Source: Octopus vulgaris
Lineage: Eukaryota
DNA: 64,000 bases
Assembly: GCA_951406725.2 (NCBI GenBank)
Contig: OX597815.1
Span: forward strand, 17,298,001-17,362,000
Direction of reading: 5' to 3'
The notes below the pieces were generated by a model. It made no database searches. It was not told the DNA's origin and saw only the letters and a list, made by a program, of their open reading frames with translations. Positions 40,523 to 54,135 of the stretch are shown piece by piece. A program made the translations under genes and the position numbers. Numbering within the stretch: position 1 is the first letter of the stretch; each line of letters starts with the position of its first letter.

Positions 40523-42492
40523 AATCTTGTCTACTATAGGCACAAGGCCTGAAATTTGCGAGTAGCAGGTAAGTCGATAACATTGACCCCAGTACTTGAC
40601 TGGTGCTTAAGTTTTCGACGACGAAAGGCCGAAAGGCAAAATAGACCTCGGAAGAGTTTGAACTCAGGATGTAAAGATGGATGAAATGCCGCTAAGCATT
40701 TTTCATGGCGTGCTAACGATTCTGCCAGCTCGCCGCTTTAAAAGAAATATCAATAACGACGATAATTTATTAGCCACAAAGGCTTCATATAAACGAGGGG
40801 ATACTAAAAAGCTCCTGACTTTAAGGGTATCGTTGTTGTTGTTAAGCAACAAGACGTGTAAGGGTGATTAGGTGATGGTCTAGGGCCTAGGGGCGGGATA
40901 CCCCAGACCTTGGAAAAAAATAACTTTGGTCGTCTTGTTGTAGTCGAGGGCTCTTTGTTGACGCCCGACACTGCTGGGAGGTGGCCCTCGAAGTCGCTGG
41001 AAATGGAGATCTCCAGGCCCAAATTCTTGAACGGCTAAGAGTATCGCTAAGGGCCTGACTGGAGGATCAACCTTCCGGTTTCTTTTCTTTTTTTGTGGGG
41101 CGTAGAACAACTGAAGGTCTGCGGCACTAAATGTGTGAATTCGGAAAGGAGAATATGTTAAAGAAGATCGTGATTAACTAATCCTCCTACATTTTCTTCT
41201 TGCCAAAGCCAGGAAGTTTTCAGCAACAACTCTCCGGAACATAAAATATTTATACAAAAATGCTTATAAACAAACTCGTTGGGAGTGTACATGTATAATG
41301 AGAGACTATGGGAGGGCAAATGCGAACACTACTGTGGTGGGAATTACGTTAAAATCATAAAAATATTGTTAATGTTGATGATGGCAAAACTGCACTAAGA
41401 ACAACTCTCATAAACTGAAGGGGAAGAAACATTGAACGCACACAGTTCAAGATAGTGATGCATGCATACACACACCTCTGGTCTATAAAATTACATATAC
41501 ACTTACAAATGTATACATAATACAAACATAAATAGAATAATTTTGAAGGAAAAATTTGAATAAATTTCAAAGTAAAACAACACAAGAATATATACCCGGC
41601 ATATATACATGCATACAAAAAATGCATACGTTCTTTCATGCATACATATGCATACATATTTCATAAATAAAGAGAATAATTTGAATAATTCTCAAAGAAA
41701 ATACACACACGTCAGACGTACACACAAAAACATATATACATACCCAATGTTTCCTATATTTCAAAACTGTTGCCCCAATTTAATTTTGTTTATTATTTAT
41801 TATTTTTTCAATTTTTGGTTATTTAAAAAAAAAAAAAATTATTTTACATCGTATTTCTGGCAATATGATTTTTTAAAAATAATATAAATTATCGGAAAAT
41901 AGACGCTGAGAGTCAAAGGAAATAAATTTGTATGAAATAGAATATAATTAACGATCATACGCAAAAAGCAGTCTATAATTTCCAATCATGTTTACCGTTT
42001 CGAAAAGGCGGAAAGTTGTTTGATGGTTTACTCGAGAGTCCTTACTTAAGTGGCTGTTTGTTTGAAATTAATACACTTCACTCAACATGCAAGGGTTATA
42101 CCGCTACCTTCAGTCTTGCGTCACACTTACATAAAGAGTAAATACGCACACACTTTCGCAAACATACACAAACACACAAACACATAATGTAAGTACGTAA
42201 GGTAAAATCGTAACGGTTTATGTGTGGGTGTGTGTATAACTCTCTTTTTTCCTGTAATATGTGTTTTGCACTTCCTTCTTTCACCCCAGCTATGTATACT
42301 GTTTCTGATTACTAACTAAATATAAATGCTTCATCTAAATTTAAAATTTGCATTACTAAATTCCTCTTTCTGAAGAATTTCTAATAACAAACGTTTTACA
42401 TGTAAAACTCTCTAGTTCTTATTAGTAAATGAAATATATGTTATGGAGAATAATAATACCAATAATTTTTTTCCACCTTCATGTTTTGTTTG

Positions 42493-43415
42493 ATATATAC
42501 ACAATTACAAATGGACAACAAATAGTTTCATGCTTTTAATATACAGTAAATTGGCAGATTTACATAAAACGCCATATTTTTGCAAGTCATTTTTCAGGCT
42601 CAGTTCATATATTAGACTAGCAGTATCGCCCGGCGTTGCTCGGGTTTGTAAGGGAAATAACTGTATAAGCATTTTTAGAGAGTTATAGCCAAATAGTAGC
42701 AAAAAAATACATTAAAAATGGAAAAAAATGATGGTAAATTTTTTTTTAAATCGTTGACTCATCGTAGACATTTTTAGAGAGTTACTTCCCTTATACAATA
42801 GCGAAAAAAATGCATTAAAATGGAAAAAAATGATGGTAATTTTTTTAAAATCATTGACTCATCGTAGACGCGCGCTAATACCCAGAATCACGACTATAAG
42901 ATACCCGGTTTTGGTTAAACTGCACCGCAAAATGTGGGAGTAGTTAGGAATCTAAATCGTAGGAGACAGACACACAACTTCACTTTTATATATAAAGATG
43001 TATTTAAAAACCAGGGCATTGTCTAGTAAACAGGAGAAAAAAGAAACGAAACGAGAAGAAAAAAAAACGTATAGAAGTTTGATGCATAAAATAGAATAAG
43101 AAGAAACAAAAGAAATTTAAGAAAACAAAGATCTTCGTCCTCTTTGACTAGAGAAACCATAATTATTGTAACTGGCACAGAATAAAATAAAAGTTTGCAT
43201 CAACCTTCTCGTTTTTCTTCTCTTCTCGATTTTTTATTCTCGCTCTTTTCTCATATTTTCTCATAGTCCAGTGTCCTAGTTTTTTAAATACATCTAACGT
43301 ATGCACTGGGCCTGAAATGTTGCTTAGAGATACATGACATATTTTAGGGATCTGCCATTTTAATGTATCTTCAAAGCATGAAACTATTATCAGCTGTTTC
43401 GTAATTCTGTATATT
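42493..43415. repeat. Old foldback (diverged inverted repeat, arms ~220 bp) interrupted by a Helitron
   Basis: AATAGTTTCATGCTTT / AAAGCATGAAACTATT; TTAGA|TGTATTTAAAAA / TTTTTAAATACATCTAA; GAAGTTTGATGCA / TGCATCAACCTTC. Confidence 0.75.
42617..42998 (-). mobile_element. Non-autonomous Helitron (same family as 4011-4406)
   Basis: Minus-strand TC...hairpin-CTAG, inserted in an AT dinucleotide without TSD. Confidence 0.9.
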
Positions 43416-43578
43416 GAATGACATCTCCCATTGGATGGAGTACTTTTTGTTGATCTACCTTTACGAGATCTGTGTTAATGTGCACACACACACACACACA
43501 CACGCGCCATGTTGATTCGTTAGCTACTGCACGCATTTTTTTTCTCTCCTTCTTTCTGTGTTTTTCTCTCTCTGTGTA

Positions 43579-43616
43579 TCTTTCTGTTGAAGAGCGTAGG
43601 CTCGAAACGTTAAAGA
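43579..43616 (+). ncRNA. Minimal type I hammerhead ribozyme-like motif in a PLE pLTR-like fragment (~43505-43710)
   Basis: TCTTT-ctg-TTGAAGA, stem II GAGC-GTAG-GCTC, GAAA, palindromic AACGTT, AAAGA; U3-G8 core variant. Confidence 0.6.
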
Positions 43617-43724
43617 CTTGTTTTATTTATATTTCCTGAGCGCCATACTAATACAATTGTTCGTTTGTTTTCCACCTGCCTTCGTCTTTTGTTTATTTTT
43701 AAAGCTAATTATTATATATATATA

Positions 43725-43763
<39 letters not shown>

Positions 43764-43768
43764 TTCCC

Positions 43769-43855
<87 letters not shown>

Positions 43856-43876
43856 CATACATACACAATATTCAAA

Positions 43877-44494
43877 TTGTGCGATGGGTGATTTGTCGCC
43901 GTTTTATATTTTTAATTTCACGCATGCGCATTATTTGTTTTTGATCTTCCTATACGGCCTCACACTCAATGTGGAGGTCTATATCAAGTGCCTGGAAGAG
44001 TTCGTGCTGCCCAGAGTCAAGAGCATGGATGCTGGAAGACAATATGTTTGGCAACATGACTCTGCACCATGCCACACAAGCAGGCAAGAAAACCCAGTCA
44101 TAGCTATCAGACAAATTTTACAGCCACATCACACCGAATATCTGACCACCTAACTCCTCAGACTGCAACCCGTTTGATTAATATGTGCGTGGCACAGTTG
44201 AGCAAGAGGCCAACAATACTCCTTGTAACACCAAAAGTAGAAAGATGGCAAGGATTATGGCAGCATTCATCAACTTAAACAAGGAGACCGTCTAGAAGAG
44301 TTGCAGGAGATTCCGAGGTCGTCTGGAGGCCGTGGTTAAAACCAAAGGTGATTTTAAGGAATAAGTTTATTCTTTAGTATTTCAAGGTATTTTAATGTAA
44401 TTTTTCTTTGGTATAAATATCTGTTAAAATGAGATGTCAGTGATATTTCCATTTCTGTGTAATTTAGACAACAGTTTATTAATCGCACCTTGTA
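43877..44494 (+). mobile_element. Internally deleted Tc1/mariner relic, maT/DD37D-like
   Basis: YVWQHDSAPCHTS and PPNSSDCNPFD motifs; partial TIR GTGCGAT/ATCGCAC; TA-rich flanks. Confidence 0.7.
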
Positions 44495-44505
44495 TATATT
44501 CATAT

Positions 44506-44569
<64 letters not shown>

Positions 44570-45106
44570 GTGTGTGTGTGTGACACATAAACAGTCAATT
44601 AGCTCAGGGTGGTTTACTTCGATTGTTCTGTCGGTTGACTGTAGAGCTGAGCGTGTTGGAAAGGGAAATGGAATAACTGTTAGTGATATACATGCTATGA
44701 ATCGCAGCAGCTTGCTGCTATCAGTCACATATGAGGACTTCTTTGCATTGTAAGTTTCGAGGAAATAATTAGCCATATATCGGCAGGTAGAAATTAATTC
44801 ATTTTCCATTTTATATATGGTCAGAGAGCTGAATCTTCAAGATTCACCTCCTGATGGCACTCTCAAATTAAATTATTTCGCGATTTTCATGCACTGATAT
44901 CCTCGTATATTTCTAACGGTTTCATCGTTGAAAGAGAGATGAAATTTCACACACACACAGACACACACACGCACACACGTACGCAAGCTTACGAGTCAGC
45001 GAAAGATCTTCTATGTAACTCGTCTCACCTGCTAGAAACGGCAGCCACTATTCATTTCTTCCTATCTTTATGAATGGAAAGAACACATGCGATAGTGTAA
45101 TTCAAC

Positions 45107-45332
45107 ATACCTATTTCTTTACTACCCACAAGGGGCTACACACAGAGGGGACAAACAAGGACAGACAAACGGATTAAGTCGATTATATCGACTCCAGTGC
45201 GTAACTGGTACTTATTTAATCGACCCCGAAAGGATGAAAGGCAAAGTTGACCTCGGCGGAATTTGAACTCAGAACGTAACGGCAGACGAAACCCCGCTAA
45301 GCATTTCACCCGGCGTGCTAACGTTTCTGCCA
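45107..45332 (-). mobile_element. SINE family A monomer, long tail
   Basis: Near identical to the 47907 unit plus head. Confidence 0.9.
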
Positions 45333-45855
45333 TTAAACGAGGGGCCAGGGCAGAAATGCTCTTTTTTCTTTAGAACTAGAATTTAACTTGGCAAAACCAT
45401 TATTGGGAAAAATTTATTTACCCCCATAGGGGTTTTGTATTTACGGTGGGAAAGGGGTGCTTGAATGCATCTCACAAATGTATGTGATACTCTGGTAGTA
45501 CACATTAAAGAAATGAGGATGGTAATCTGTACCACATATCGCCCACCAGATGCGCCAGATCATGAGAACTCATTTGAGGTAATTTCTAAACTTATCTTCA
45601 ATTTAAGTAAGTATAAGTTTTAGTCTCTCAGACTAAAATTACGATCACGTTATCGAAAAAAGCTGGAAAATATTCACTTTTCTTGGTTAATGATGGCCAT
45701 ATCCATGTAAAATTTTTGAAACATTAATTGATGATGTCCGTCGTTTAAGGGTTAAACACTACGTTAAACAAATTCCAACCGTTACAGCTCTGCCTTTTTG
45801 TCTCAGACTTGGTCATATTCTAACTTTAATGGGTTATAAATTATCTAAAGATGAT

Positions 45856-46069
45856 ACTCTTTACTCTTTTACTTGTTTCAGTCATTTGACTATGTCCATT
45901 CTGGAGCACCGCCTTTAGTCGAGCAAATCGACCCTAGGACTTATTCTTTGGAAGCCTAGTACTTATTCTATCGGTCTCTTTTGTTGAACCGCTAAGTTAA
46001 GGGGACGTAAACACAGCATCGGTTGTCAAGCGATGTTGGTGGTGGTGGGACGAACACAGACACACAAAT

Positions 46070-46142
<73 letters not shown>

Positions 46143-46394
46143 CTATAAATTAGGGTATATGAGGGATACCACCATGCTGAAATAGCAGTCAAAACCCTGA
46201 CCCTAAAACCCCCTTAGATGTTCATATCGTGCCAGGAGATATATAATTTTATATAATTCGTCATTGTATTCACTGCGGTGTTAATTTTGACCATATCGCG
46301 CTTGGAGATGCTTGGCGGGCAATTTAGGCTAGTCTTGTACATACGTGCATATATATGTATGTATAGGCGTTCGTCTAGGTAAGTATAACGTATG

Positions 46395-46445
<51 letters not shown>

Positions 46446-46935
46446 GTATTTATGTGCTTTCTGGTATATTCAACTGAAGAAGGCAGAGCTTCTCTGAAGC
46501 AAAGTCAGAAATCCAGGATCTTGAATTATCCAGTAAAATCTTTTTTGCTAGTTTATTTTGCCTTTCTGTCTTCTCTCCTGGCGCGATATGAACATTTAAG
46601 GTGGTTTTAGGGTTAGCGTTTTGACTGCTATTTCAGCATGGTGGTATCTCTCAGATACCCTAATTTATAGTTTAAATAATTATTACCTTTGTATAGTATT
46701 TATTCCCATGCTGGCCACTAGATAAGATCAATATTTAAATATCGATATTATCCTTATTTATAAATATATATATACGACGGGCTTCTTTCAGTTTCCCTCT
46801 ACCAAATCCACTCACAAGGTTTTGGTCGGCCCGAGGCTATAGTAGAAGACACTTGCCCAAGGTACCACGCAGTGGGACTGAACCTGGAACCATGTGGCTG
46901 GTAAGCAAGCTACTTACCACACAGCCACTACTACG
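45856..46935 (-). mobile_element. SINE family B split by a ~620-bp insertion in its internal (TA)n
   Basis: Tail half 45856-46140; head half ~46765-46935. Confidence 0.85.
46142..46671. repeat. ~98-bp inverted repeat (46142-46239 / 46574-46671), PLE inverted-pLTR-like insertion
   Basis: ACCACCATGCTGAAATAGCAGTCAAAA / TTTTGACTGCTATTTCAGCATGGTGGT; internal (TA)n and a CTGAAGA remnant at ~46474. Confidence 0.75.
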
Positions 46936-47906
46936 CTTATAGTAATATTTTAGTAAAATTTAACTGCCATGACTAGCATATTGCCTGGTGTTGGTCTGCT
47001 TGATATTTAGTCATTTATCAAAAGTGTGACGACCATGATACTCCATCTTTTTCGTTTTGGGGTTGATACACTGGATAATGCATTATTCAGCGTATCCCAC
47101 CTCTTTTAAAAACAGATTGATGTAATTTTTAGTAGGTCGGGCTGCTATTTCTAGCATATTGTGTGACTGCATAGAAACTAACATGAGTAACATTATCTCG
47201 TTAAAGAGATTTATTTTCTTTCCGATCAGAATTGCTTTTATAACGCATGAGCTTTGTCAGTTTTTAGTTTCAGAAATCAGGTCACTGTATAAATTATCCG
47301 AAAATGATTGATACGTGTTTGTGTCTGTTACAGTTAAACAAAACATTCTGTCGAATCATTGAAATCTCTCAGGCAAAGCGTTTGAAAGTGGTCTAACGTC
47401 ATTTCGATGGAGATAATTAATTATGGCAGAAAATATTTCTAGCTATTTTTTCCTTTAGCCCTCCACCACTCCGCCAAACTTTCCTGCTTTAGTTTGCGGA
47501 AATAACCACAGTGGAACATCAAGTGTCCTTATACGGACGCATTCCAGTCATTTGCTCTCAGCAGATTGTGTTTTTAAGGATATTCACCTTAATCTCATTC
47601 ACCTTACGCTGTATCCTGCTCTCTTTCCTTTTACTCTCATCTGCCTCCATCTCTTTAAATCGCTGTCTTTGGCCGGATTAAACAGAGGTCCAATACAATA
47701 GCTCTCAGAAATAAATCACATGCAAATTCGTTCTTCACGACACTAGGAGCTGCTTTCAGATAATATCCATCACAATCTTATAAAAATGATAATTCTGCAC
47801 AAAATGGTGTGCTATACTCAAAATTGTCGTTTCTGCAAAGCTTTCAAATTTCCAAATGAAACTGAGGGTATGTGCTGCTCAGGCGGTAAGGTAAGATTGC
47901 CAGCAC

Positions 47907-49616
47907 TACCTATTTCTTTACTACCCACAAGGGGCTAAACACAGAGAGGACAAACAAGGACAGACAAACGGATTAAGTCGATTATATTGACCCCAGTGCG
48001 TAACTGGTACTGATTTAATCGACCCCGAAAGGATGAAAGGCAAAGTCGACCTTGGCGGAATTTGAATTCAGAACGTAGCGGCAGACGAAATACCTATTTC
48101 TTTACTACCCACAAGGGGCTAAACACAGAGAGGACAAACAAGGACAGACAAACGGATTAAGTCGATTATATCGACCCCAGTGCGTAACTGGTACTGATTT
48201 AATCGACCCCGAAAGGATGAAAGGCAAAGTCGACCTTGGCGGAATTTGAATTCAGAACGTAGCGGCAGACGAAATACCTATTTCTTTACTACCCACAACG
48301 GGCTAAACACAGAGGGGGACAAACAAGGACAGACAAACGGATTAAGTCGATTATATCGACCCCAGTGCGTAACTGGTACTGATTTAATCGACCCCGAAAG
48401 GATGAAAGGCAAAGTCGACCTTGGCGGAATTTGAATTCAGAACGTAGCGGCAGACGAAATACCTATTTCTTTACTACCCACAAGGGGCTAAACACAGAGA
48501 GGACAAACAAGGACAGACAAACGGATTAAGTCGATTATATTGACCCCAGTGCGTAACTGGTACTGATTTAATCGACCCCGAAAGGATGAAAGGCAAAGTC
48601 GACCTTGGCGGAATTTGAATTCAGAACGTAGCGGCAGACGAAATACCTATTTCTTTACTACCCACAAGGGGCTAAACACAGAGAGGACAAACAAGGACAG
48701 ACAAACGGATTAAGTCGATTATGTTGACCCCAGTGCGTAACTGGTACTGATTTAATCGACCCCGAAAGGATGAATGGCAAAGTCGACCTCGGCGGAATTT
48801 GAACTCAGAACGTAACGACAGACGAAATACCTATTTCTTTACTACCCACAATGGGCTAAACACAGAGAGGACAAACAAGGACAGACAAACGGATTAAGTC
48901 GATTATATCGACCCCAGTGCGTAACTGGTACTGATTTAATCGACCCCGAAAGGATGAAAGGCAAAGTCGACCTTGGCGGAATTTGAATTCAGAACGTAGC
49001 GGCAGACGAAATACCTATTTCTTTACTACCCACAAGGGGCTAAACACAGAGGGGACAAACAAGGACAGACAAACGGATTAAGTCGATTATATTGACCCCA
49101 GTGCGTAACTGGTACTGATTTAATCGACCCCGAAAGGATGAAAGGCAAAGTCGACCTTGGCGGAATTTGAATTCAGAACGTAGCGGCAGACGAAATACCT
49201 ATTTCTTTACTACCCACAAGGGGCTAAACACAGAGAGGACAAACAAGGACAGACAAACGGATTAAGTCGATTATATCGACCCCAGTGCGTAACTGGTACT
49301 GATTTAATCGACCCCGAAAGGATGAAAGGCAAAGTCGACCTTGGCGGAATTTGAATTCAGAACGTAGCGGCAGACGAAATACCTATTTCTTTACTACCCA
49401 CAAGGGGCTAAACACAGAGAGGACAAACAAGGACAGACAAACGGATTAAGTCTATTATATCGACCCCAGTGCGTAACTGGTACTCATTTAATCGACCCCG
49501 AAAGGATGAAAGGCAAAGTCGACCTTGGCGGAATTTGAATTCAGAACGCAGCGGCAGACGAAATACCGCTAAGCATTTCGCCCAGTGTTCTAACGATTCT
49601 CCCAGCTCGCCGCCTT
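47907..49616 (-). mobile_element. SINE family A multimer: one tRNA-like head plus nine tandem 184-bp units, flanked by a TSD
   Basis: Units start at 47907, 48091, 48275, 48460, 48644, 48828, 49012, 49196, 49380; head 49564-49616; TTGCCAGCACTACC at 47897-47910 and 49618-49631. Confidence 0.95.
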
Positions 49617-50157
49617 TTTGCCAGCACTACCAGCTCCTCCTCAGCTCCTCCTAAGATCCTTTCAATAATTCTCTCCCTCGTTACCGTCTCCCATTGCAGT
49701 CCATTTCTAGAATGTATCCATTTACGTACAATAACACCTCTATTCCAAAAAACTGTCAACCATACGATGGGTCATGTTAGACGCAGCGCTGACCGCCTCA
49801 AAGGCGAGTATATCAACTGACAGATTTTTGGTGGGTTCAAAAAATTGCATACCCCCACCCCCAATTTTCCATGATAGGGTAGGGCATGGAATCCTCCAGA
49901 CGGACATATTACATGTCGATTAGTCGAATTAGACCATCGTTTACTCAACAGATGTTTTGTCGACAATACTGCACTTTCCCGTATCACCTGCTTCAACATA
50001 ATTCTAGCAAAAACTGTCTGATGAACGGCAACGAGAAACTCAGAGTAACAGATTTTGTTGAATTTTCTGCTGCTTAAAATAAAGCATATTACTCTACCAC
50101 TGGTATTTGAGTACTCTTTTTTCCACCTTGTTTCACATTTATGTGTTTACTCCGGTA

Positions 50158-50271
<114 letters not shown>

Positions 50272-50284
50272 GTGTGTGTATGTG

Positions 50285-50613
50285 AAGGCGCATGGCTCAG
50301 TGGTTAGAGCGTCGAGCTTACGATCGTGAGGTTGTGAGCTCGAATCCCAGACCGGGCTGCGTGTTGTGTTCTTGAGCAAGGCACTTTATTTCACGTTGCT
50401 CCAGTTCACTCAGCTGTAGAAATGAGTTGCGACGTCACTGGTGCCAAGCTGTATCGACCTTTGTCTTTCCCTTGGATAACACTGGTGGCGTGGAGAGGGA
50501 GGCTGGTATGCATGGGCGACTGCTGGTCTTCCATAAACAACCTTGCCCAGACTTGTGTCTAGGAGGGTAACTTTCAGGTGCAATCCCATGGTCATTCATG
50601 ACCGAAGGGGGTC
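50285..50613 (+). mobile_element. tRNA-derived SINE family D within (TA)n
   Basis: GGCGCATGGCTCAGTGGTTAGAGC A box, GAGCTCGAATCCC B box, GTGTTCTTGAGCAAGGCACTT CORE/V-like segment. Confidence 0.8.
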
Positions 50614-50670
<57 letters not shown>

Positions 50671-50689
50671 GTATATAAACAAACTATAC

Positions 50690-50726
50690 CATTTTTATCC
50701 CGAGCAACGCCGGGTATCTCTGCTAG
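50690..50726 (+). mobile_element. Isolated Helitron 3' terminus
   Basis: CCCGAGCAACGCCGGG hairpin plus CTAG|T; 5' end not identified. Confidence 0.6.
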
Positions 50727-51989
50727 TCATCTATGAAAGAATTGGCATCGCTTTGCAACTCTAAGAACGTAGATATATTCTAAAAAAAAACAAAACAAAA
50801 CCAGATAAAGATAAAATTAGCAATCAACAATTAAAATATAGTAATTGCAATGGTCATCAGAAAGCTGAAATGCTTCCAACAGTGTCGTTGATATAAATGT
50901 AAGAACGGTAGTAATAAGTTCACGTATACGGCAAGGGATCGCTTATCTTTCATGTTAAATTAAGAAAACTATATTTCTTAATTGTTTTTCTCAAAGAAGT
51001 GTCAAAGTTTATAAATATTTATTTCAATTTCCTTTGTATAATTATTCTGAAATACTTTACCAGATTACACAAAGTATATCCTGAACTGTGCATGAACTTT
51101 CTGAATAGGAATAGAATGTTAACGTAATTTCGACAGTTGTAATGTTTTTCATTCAAAACTTCGTTTCAACTTTGAGAATGACCATAACCATGTCAGAAGT
51201 CAACTGAAATGCCATACATCAGTAACAGTACAAAGCAATTCATTCAAACTGGGAAACTTTATTTCTAAACAAAAGATATCCATGTTCTTGTCAGCTGAGC
51301 AAATCACTGCTGCATGTACATTTGCTGATCTAAGTCATTTGATAATGTGTGTAAATACTTCAAAATAAGAAGTTTGATTACGATCAGAGATCGAATCGAT
51401 TCAACGTTAATGCTAATACAAATATTCTTTCAAAAGTCGCGATGAATAGCTTAGACGATATTTAGACAACAATAACATATAAGGTAATGTGTGAACATCA
51501 CTTGTTCAGTGTTCTGCTGACTAAAAGGTAGTTTGAAGAACGTTTTGCGACAGGATCGAGCCGAGAATCTAGAATAAAATTTGTTATATGTAGTGAAAAG
51601 GAAAACAGTGACGGTCTGTATTGATGAACTTTGCCAGAAGCCTCAAAACTTACACTTTTCACGGCACACTGACTTATATTACGAATTTTGTTAATTCTGT
51701 TAGGTTATTGGAGAACAATTCTTCCGTCCAATTCTTCATTGAAGGCCGTTCAGTCTCACAGACTACTTAGGCAAATAGAAAATTATACTATAGCGGCTCA
51801 GCATCCCATTCTTGTCACTTATATAACCAGGCCCAGAGATGATCTAATAAAATACTGATAATGAATGTAGAAGACTAATAATTGGTGCTCACGGCCGTCA
51901 GTGTGACTAGTGAAATATATGAAATCCAGGTCGTTGATTTGGGCTCTTTTGTAAATGGAAATATGATATCGATCTAAAACACAAAATGG

Positions 51990-52191
51990 TCTTTAACACT
52001 GGTCCAGATATTCGATCTGGTTTGTGTTCAAACCAACCAGATCCGGTCTCTCTCACCTATCCGACAATTTCATTCTAAAACTAAACAATCATATCATGAA
52101 ATTTTCAAAGCTGTGAGATAATGCATGATTAATTCAAAACCATATGAATAAGGATTATATTAGACAGGGTAATCCGAATGCTAAAGGGTTA
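51990..52191. mobile_element. Probable piggyBac-type MITE remnant
   Basis: Ends GCTAAAGGG-TTAA; the matching left end is degenerate. Confidence 0.35.
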
Positions 52192-52464
52192 AAGGTAATT
52201 GAGACCATTTTGTTACAGAGAAAGAAATGTGGCGAATCCATCCCTCTTATAAATGTGAAAGAATCTTCGGTTCTTGTCAATCGATATTGCAGAAAATTAT
52301 CAATAACCGCTGTGAAGGGAATTGTAAATTTTGGGACTGCTGAAATTGCTGTCAAACAGACGACAGCTTATGACAGGATCATTTACTAGTTTGTCACTTG
52401 TAAACAATACATTAGATTGAAAATTTTCCACGATGAATAAATAAGCACCTTGATCATATTAGTG

Positions 52465-52500
<36 letters not shown>

Positions 52501-52503
<3 letters not shown>

Positions 52504-54094
52504 TATCTCACAGAAGTATGTACACCCAATTCGGTAAAATTGCCATTAGTCTGATAATATCGAAGGAAATCAAACGAAATGCATACTGAATAAAATATAT
52601 TATACATGCAAATATTATACAAATTTGGAGTACAAAACAAACATTTTTCAAAGATATGAAAAAGATATTTTTTTCAAACGATACAAAAATATGTACACCC
52701 TAAAGGATTATTTGCTATATTCAATATTTGTTGTGACCACCTTTGCTTTCAATGACTGCATTGCGTCTTCTGAGCATAGAGTCGACTAAATTTCAGCATA
52801 TAACCAATGAAATGGACCTCCATTCATTCTGAATGATATCTTTCAACTGTTACATTGCGGGTTGTTTTTCTCTTCAACCGTCCTTTTCAAAAACCCACAT
52901 ATTTTCTATTAGGTTTAAATCAGGTAATATGATAAGCCAAGACGATACCTTTACTTTTTATCTGATAAAATCTTAGTCGTCGCCATTGAAGCGTGTTTGG
53001 GGTCATTATTATGCTGGAACATGGGATGTCTTCCTAGTTCCTTGATGCTTTTCAACATTGTTTTCTGCAATATGTCACAAAAAAAGCCTTGAATCCATTG
53101 TTTTCTCAATAAGTATGAGACCTCCCACACCAAATGCACTCATGCATCTCCAATCATAAGACTTCCGCCGCCGTGTAGACACGGTGCATTTGTTGCCATT
53201 ATCTTCACCTGGTCGTCGCCATAATCGTTTAATTCTGACCCAAACAAATTGATTTTAGTCTCGTCAGAAAAAAAAATATTCCAAAAATCCTTCCCCCTAT
53301 ATTTATCGGCAAAAGAAAAACGACTTGGTAGTCAGAGGAGGTTTCCTACGAGGAATGCGTCCATGAACACCAAACTGGTTCAAACTTCGGCGAATTGTTT
53401 GGGGAGATACACACTTTCCACAAACAGAAGGCACTTCTTGGGCCAAAGATGAAGCGGTACGACGCTTGTCATCCATCACGCAACGTTGGATGTAGTGAAT
53501 ATCACAGACAGTTAAAATAGAAGGACGACCAGTACGATGTTCATTGCTTAGCTGCCCACTAACTTTGTACTGCTGAATTACTTTGGCAACTGTGTTTACG
53601 CTTATATGCATTCGTCTGCTAATTAACTTGTATCCTAAACCATTCTGGTGCAAATTAAAAACATTTTTCTTCAAATCTTCAGACAATTCTTTTTCTTTTG
53701 GTGCCATTTTAATACCAATGAATACAATTTTCACCACGGTATGCAAATCAGAATTCCTGCGGATGCAATAAGAATGACAGGTACAAAAATGCCAGGAGAA
53801 ATAATTTATTAGAATTGTAATTATCAGCTGTATCTGAATTTAGTAAAAAAAAGTGGATAAAATATTGAATATAGCAAATTTCCTTTGGGGTGTACATATT
53901 TTTGTAACGTTTGAAAATTAATATTTCACTCATATTCTGGAAAATGTTTATCGTTTTGTCTTCCAAATGAGTATAATGCTTGCATGTATAGTATACTTTA
54001 TTTAGGATAAATTTCGTTTGATTTCCTTTGATTTTATCAGAGTAATGGCAATTTTACTGAAATGTTTTAGGAGTGTAAATACTTCTGTGAGATA

Positions 54095-54097
<3 letters not shown>
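52501..54097 (-). mobile_element. Tc1-like transposon with long IR-DR type TIRs (~230 bp) in (TA)n
   Basis: CAGTATCTCACAGAAGTA termini; TIRs 52501-52729 and 53860-54097; internal direct repeat TATGTACACCC; 1597 bp. Confidence 0.95.
52721..53707 (-). pseudogene. Tc1 (DD34E) transposase pseudogene
   Basis: MAPKEKELS...TGRP paired-like HTH, FSDETK, FQHNNDPKH (second D changed to N), PDLNLIEN, KGGHNKY*; frameshifted. Confidence 0.92.

Positions 54098-54135
<38 letters not shown>

Noticed and set aside
47907-49616. CRISPR-like array
   Set aside because: Units are near-identical 184-bp repeats with no unique spacers, there are no cas genes, and the context is eukaryotic SINE
10961-49654. Recurrent small ORFs such as MRNWYLIYRPRKDERQSR
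   Set aside because: Antisense translations of SINE A, not a gene family
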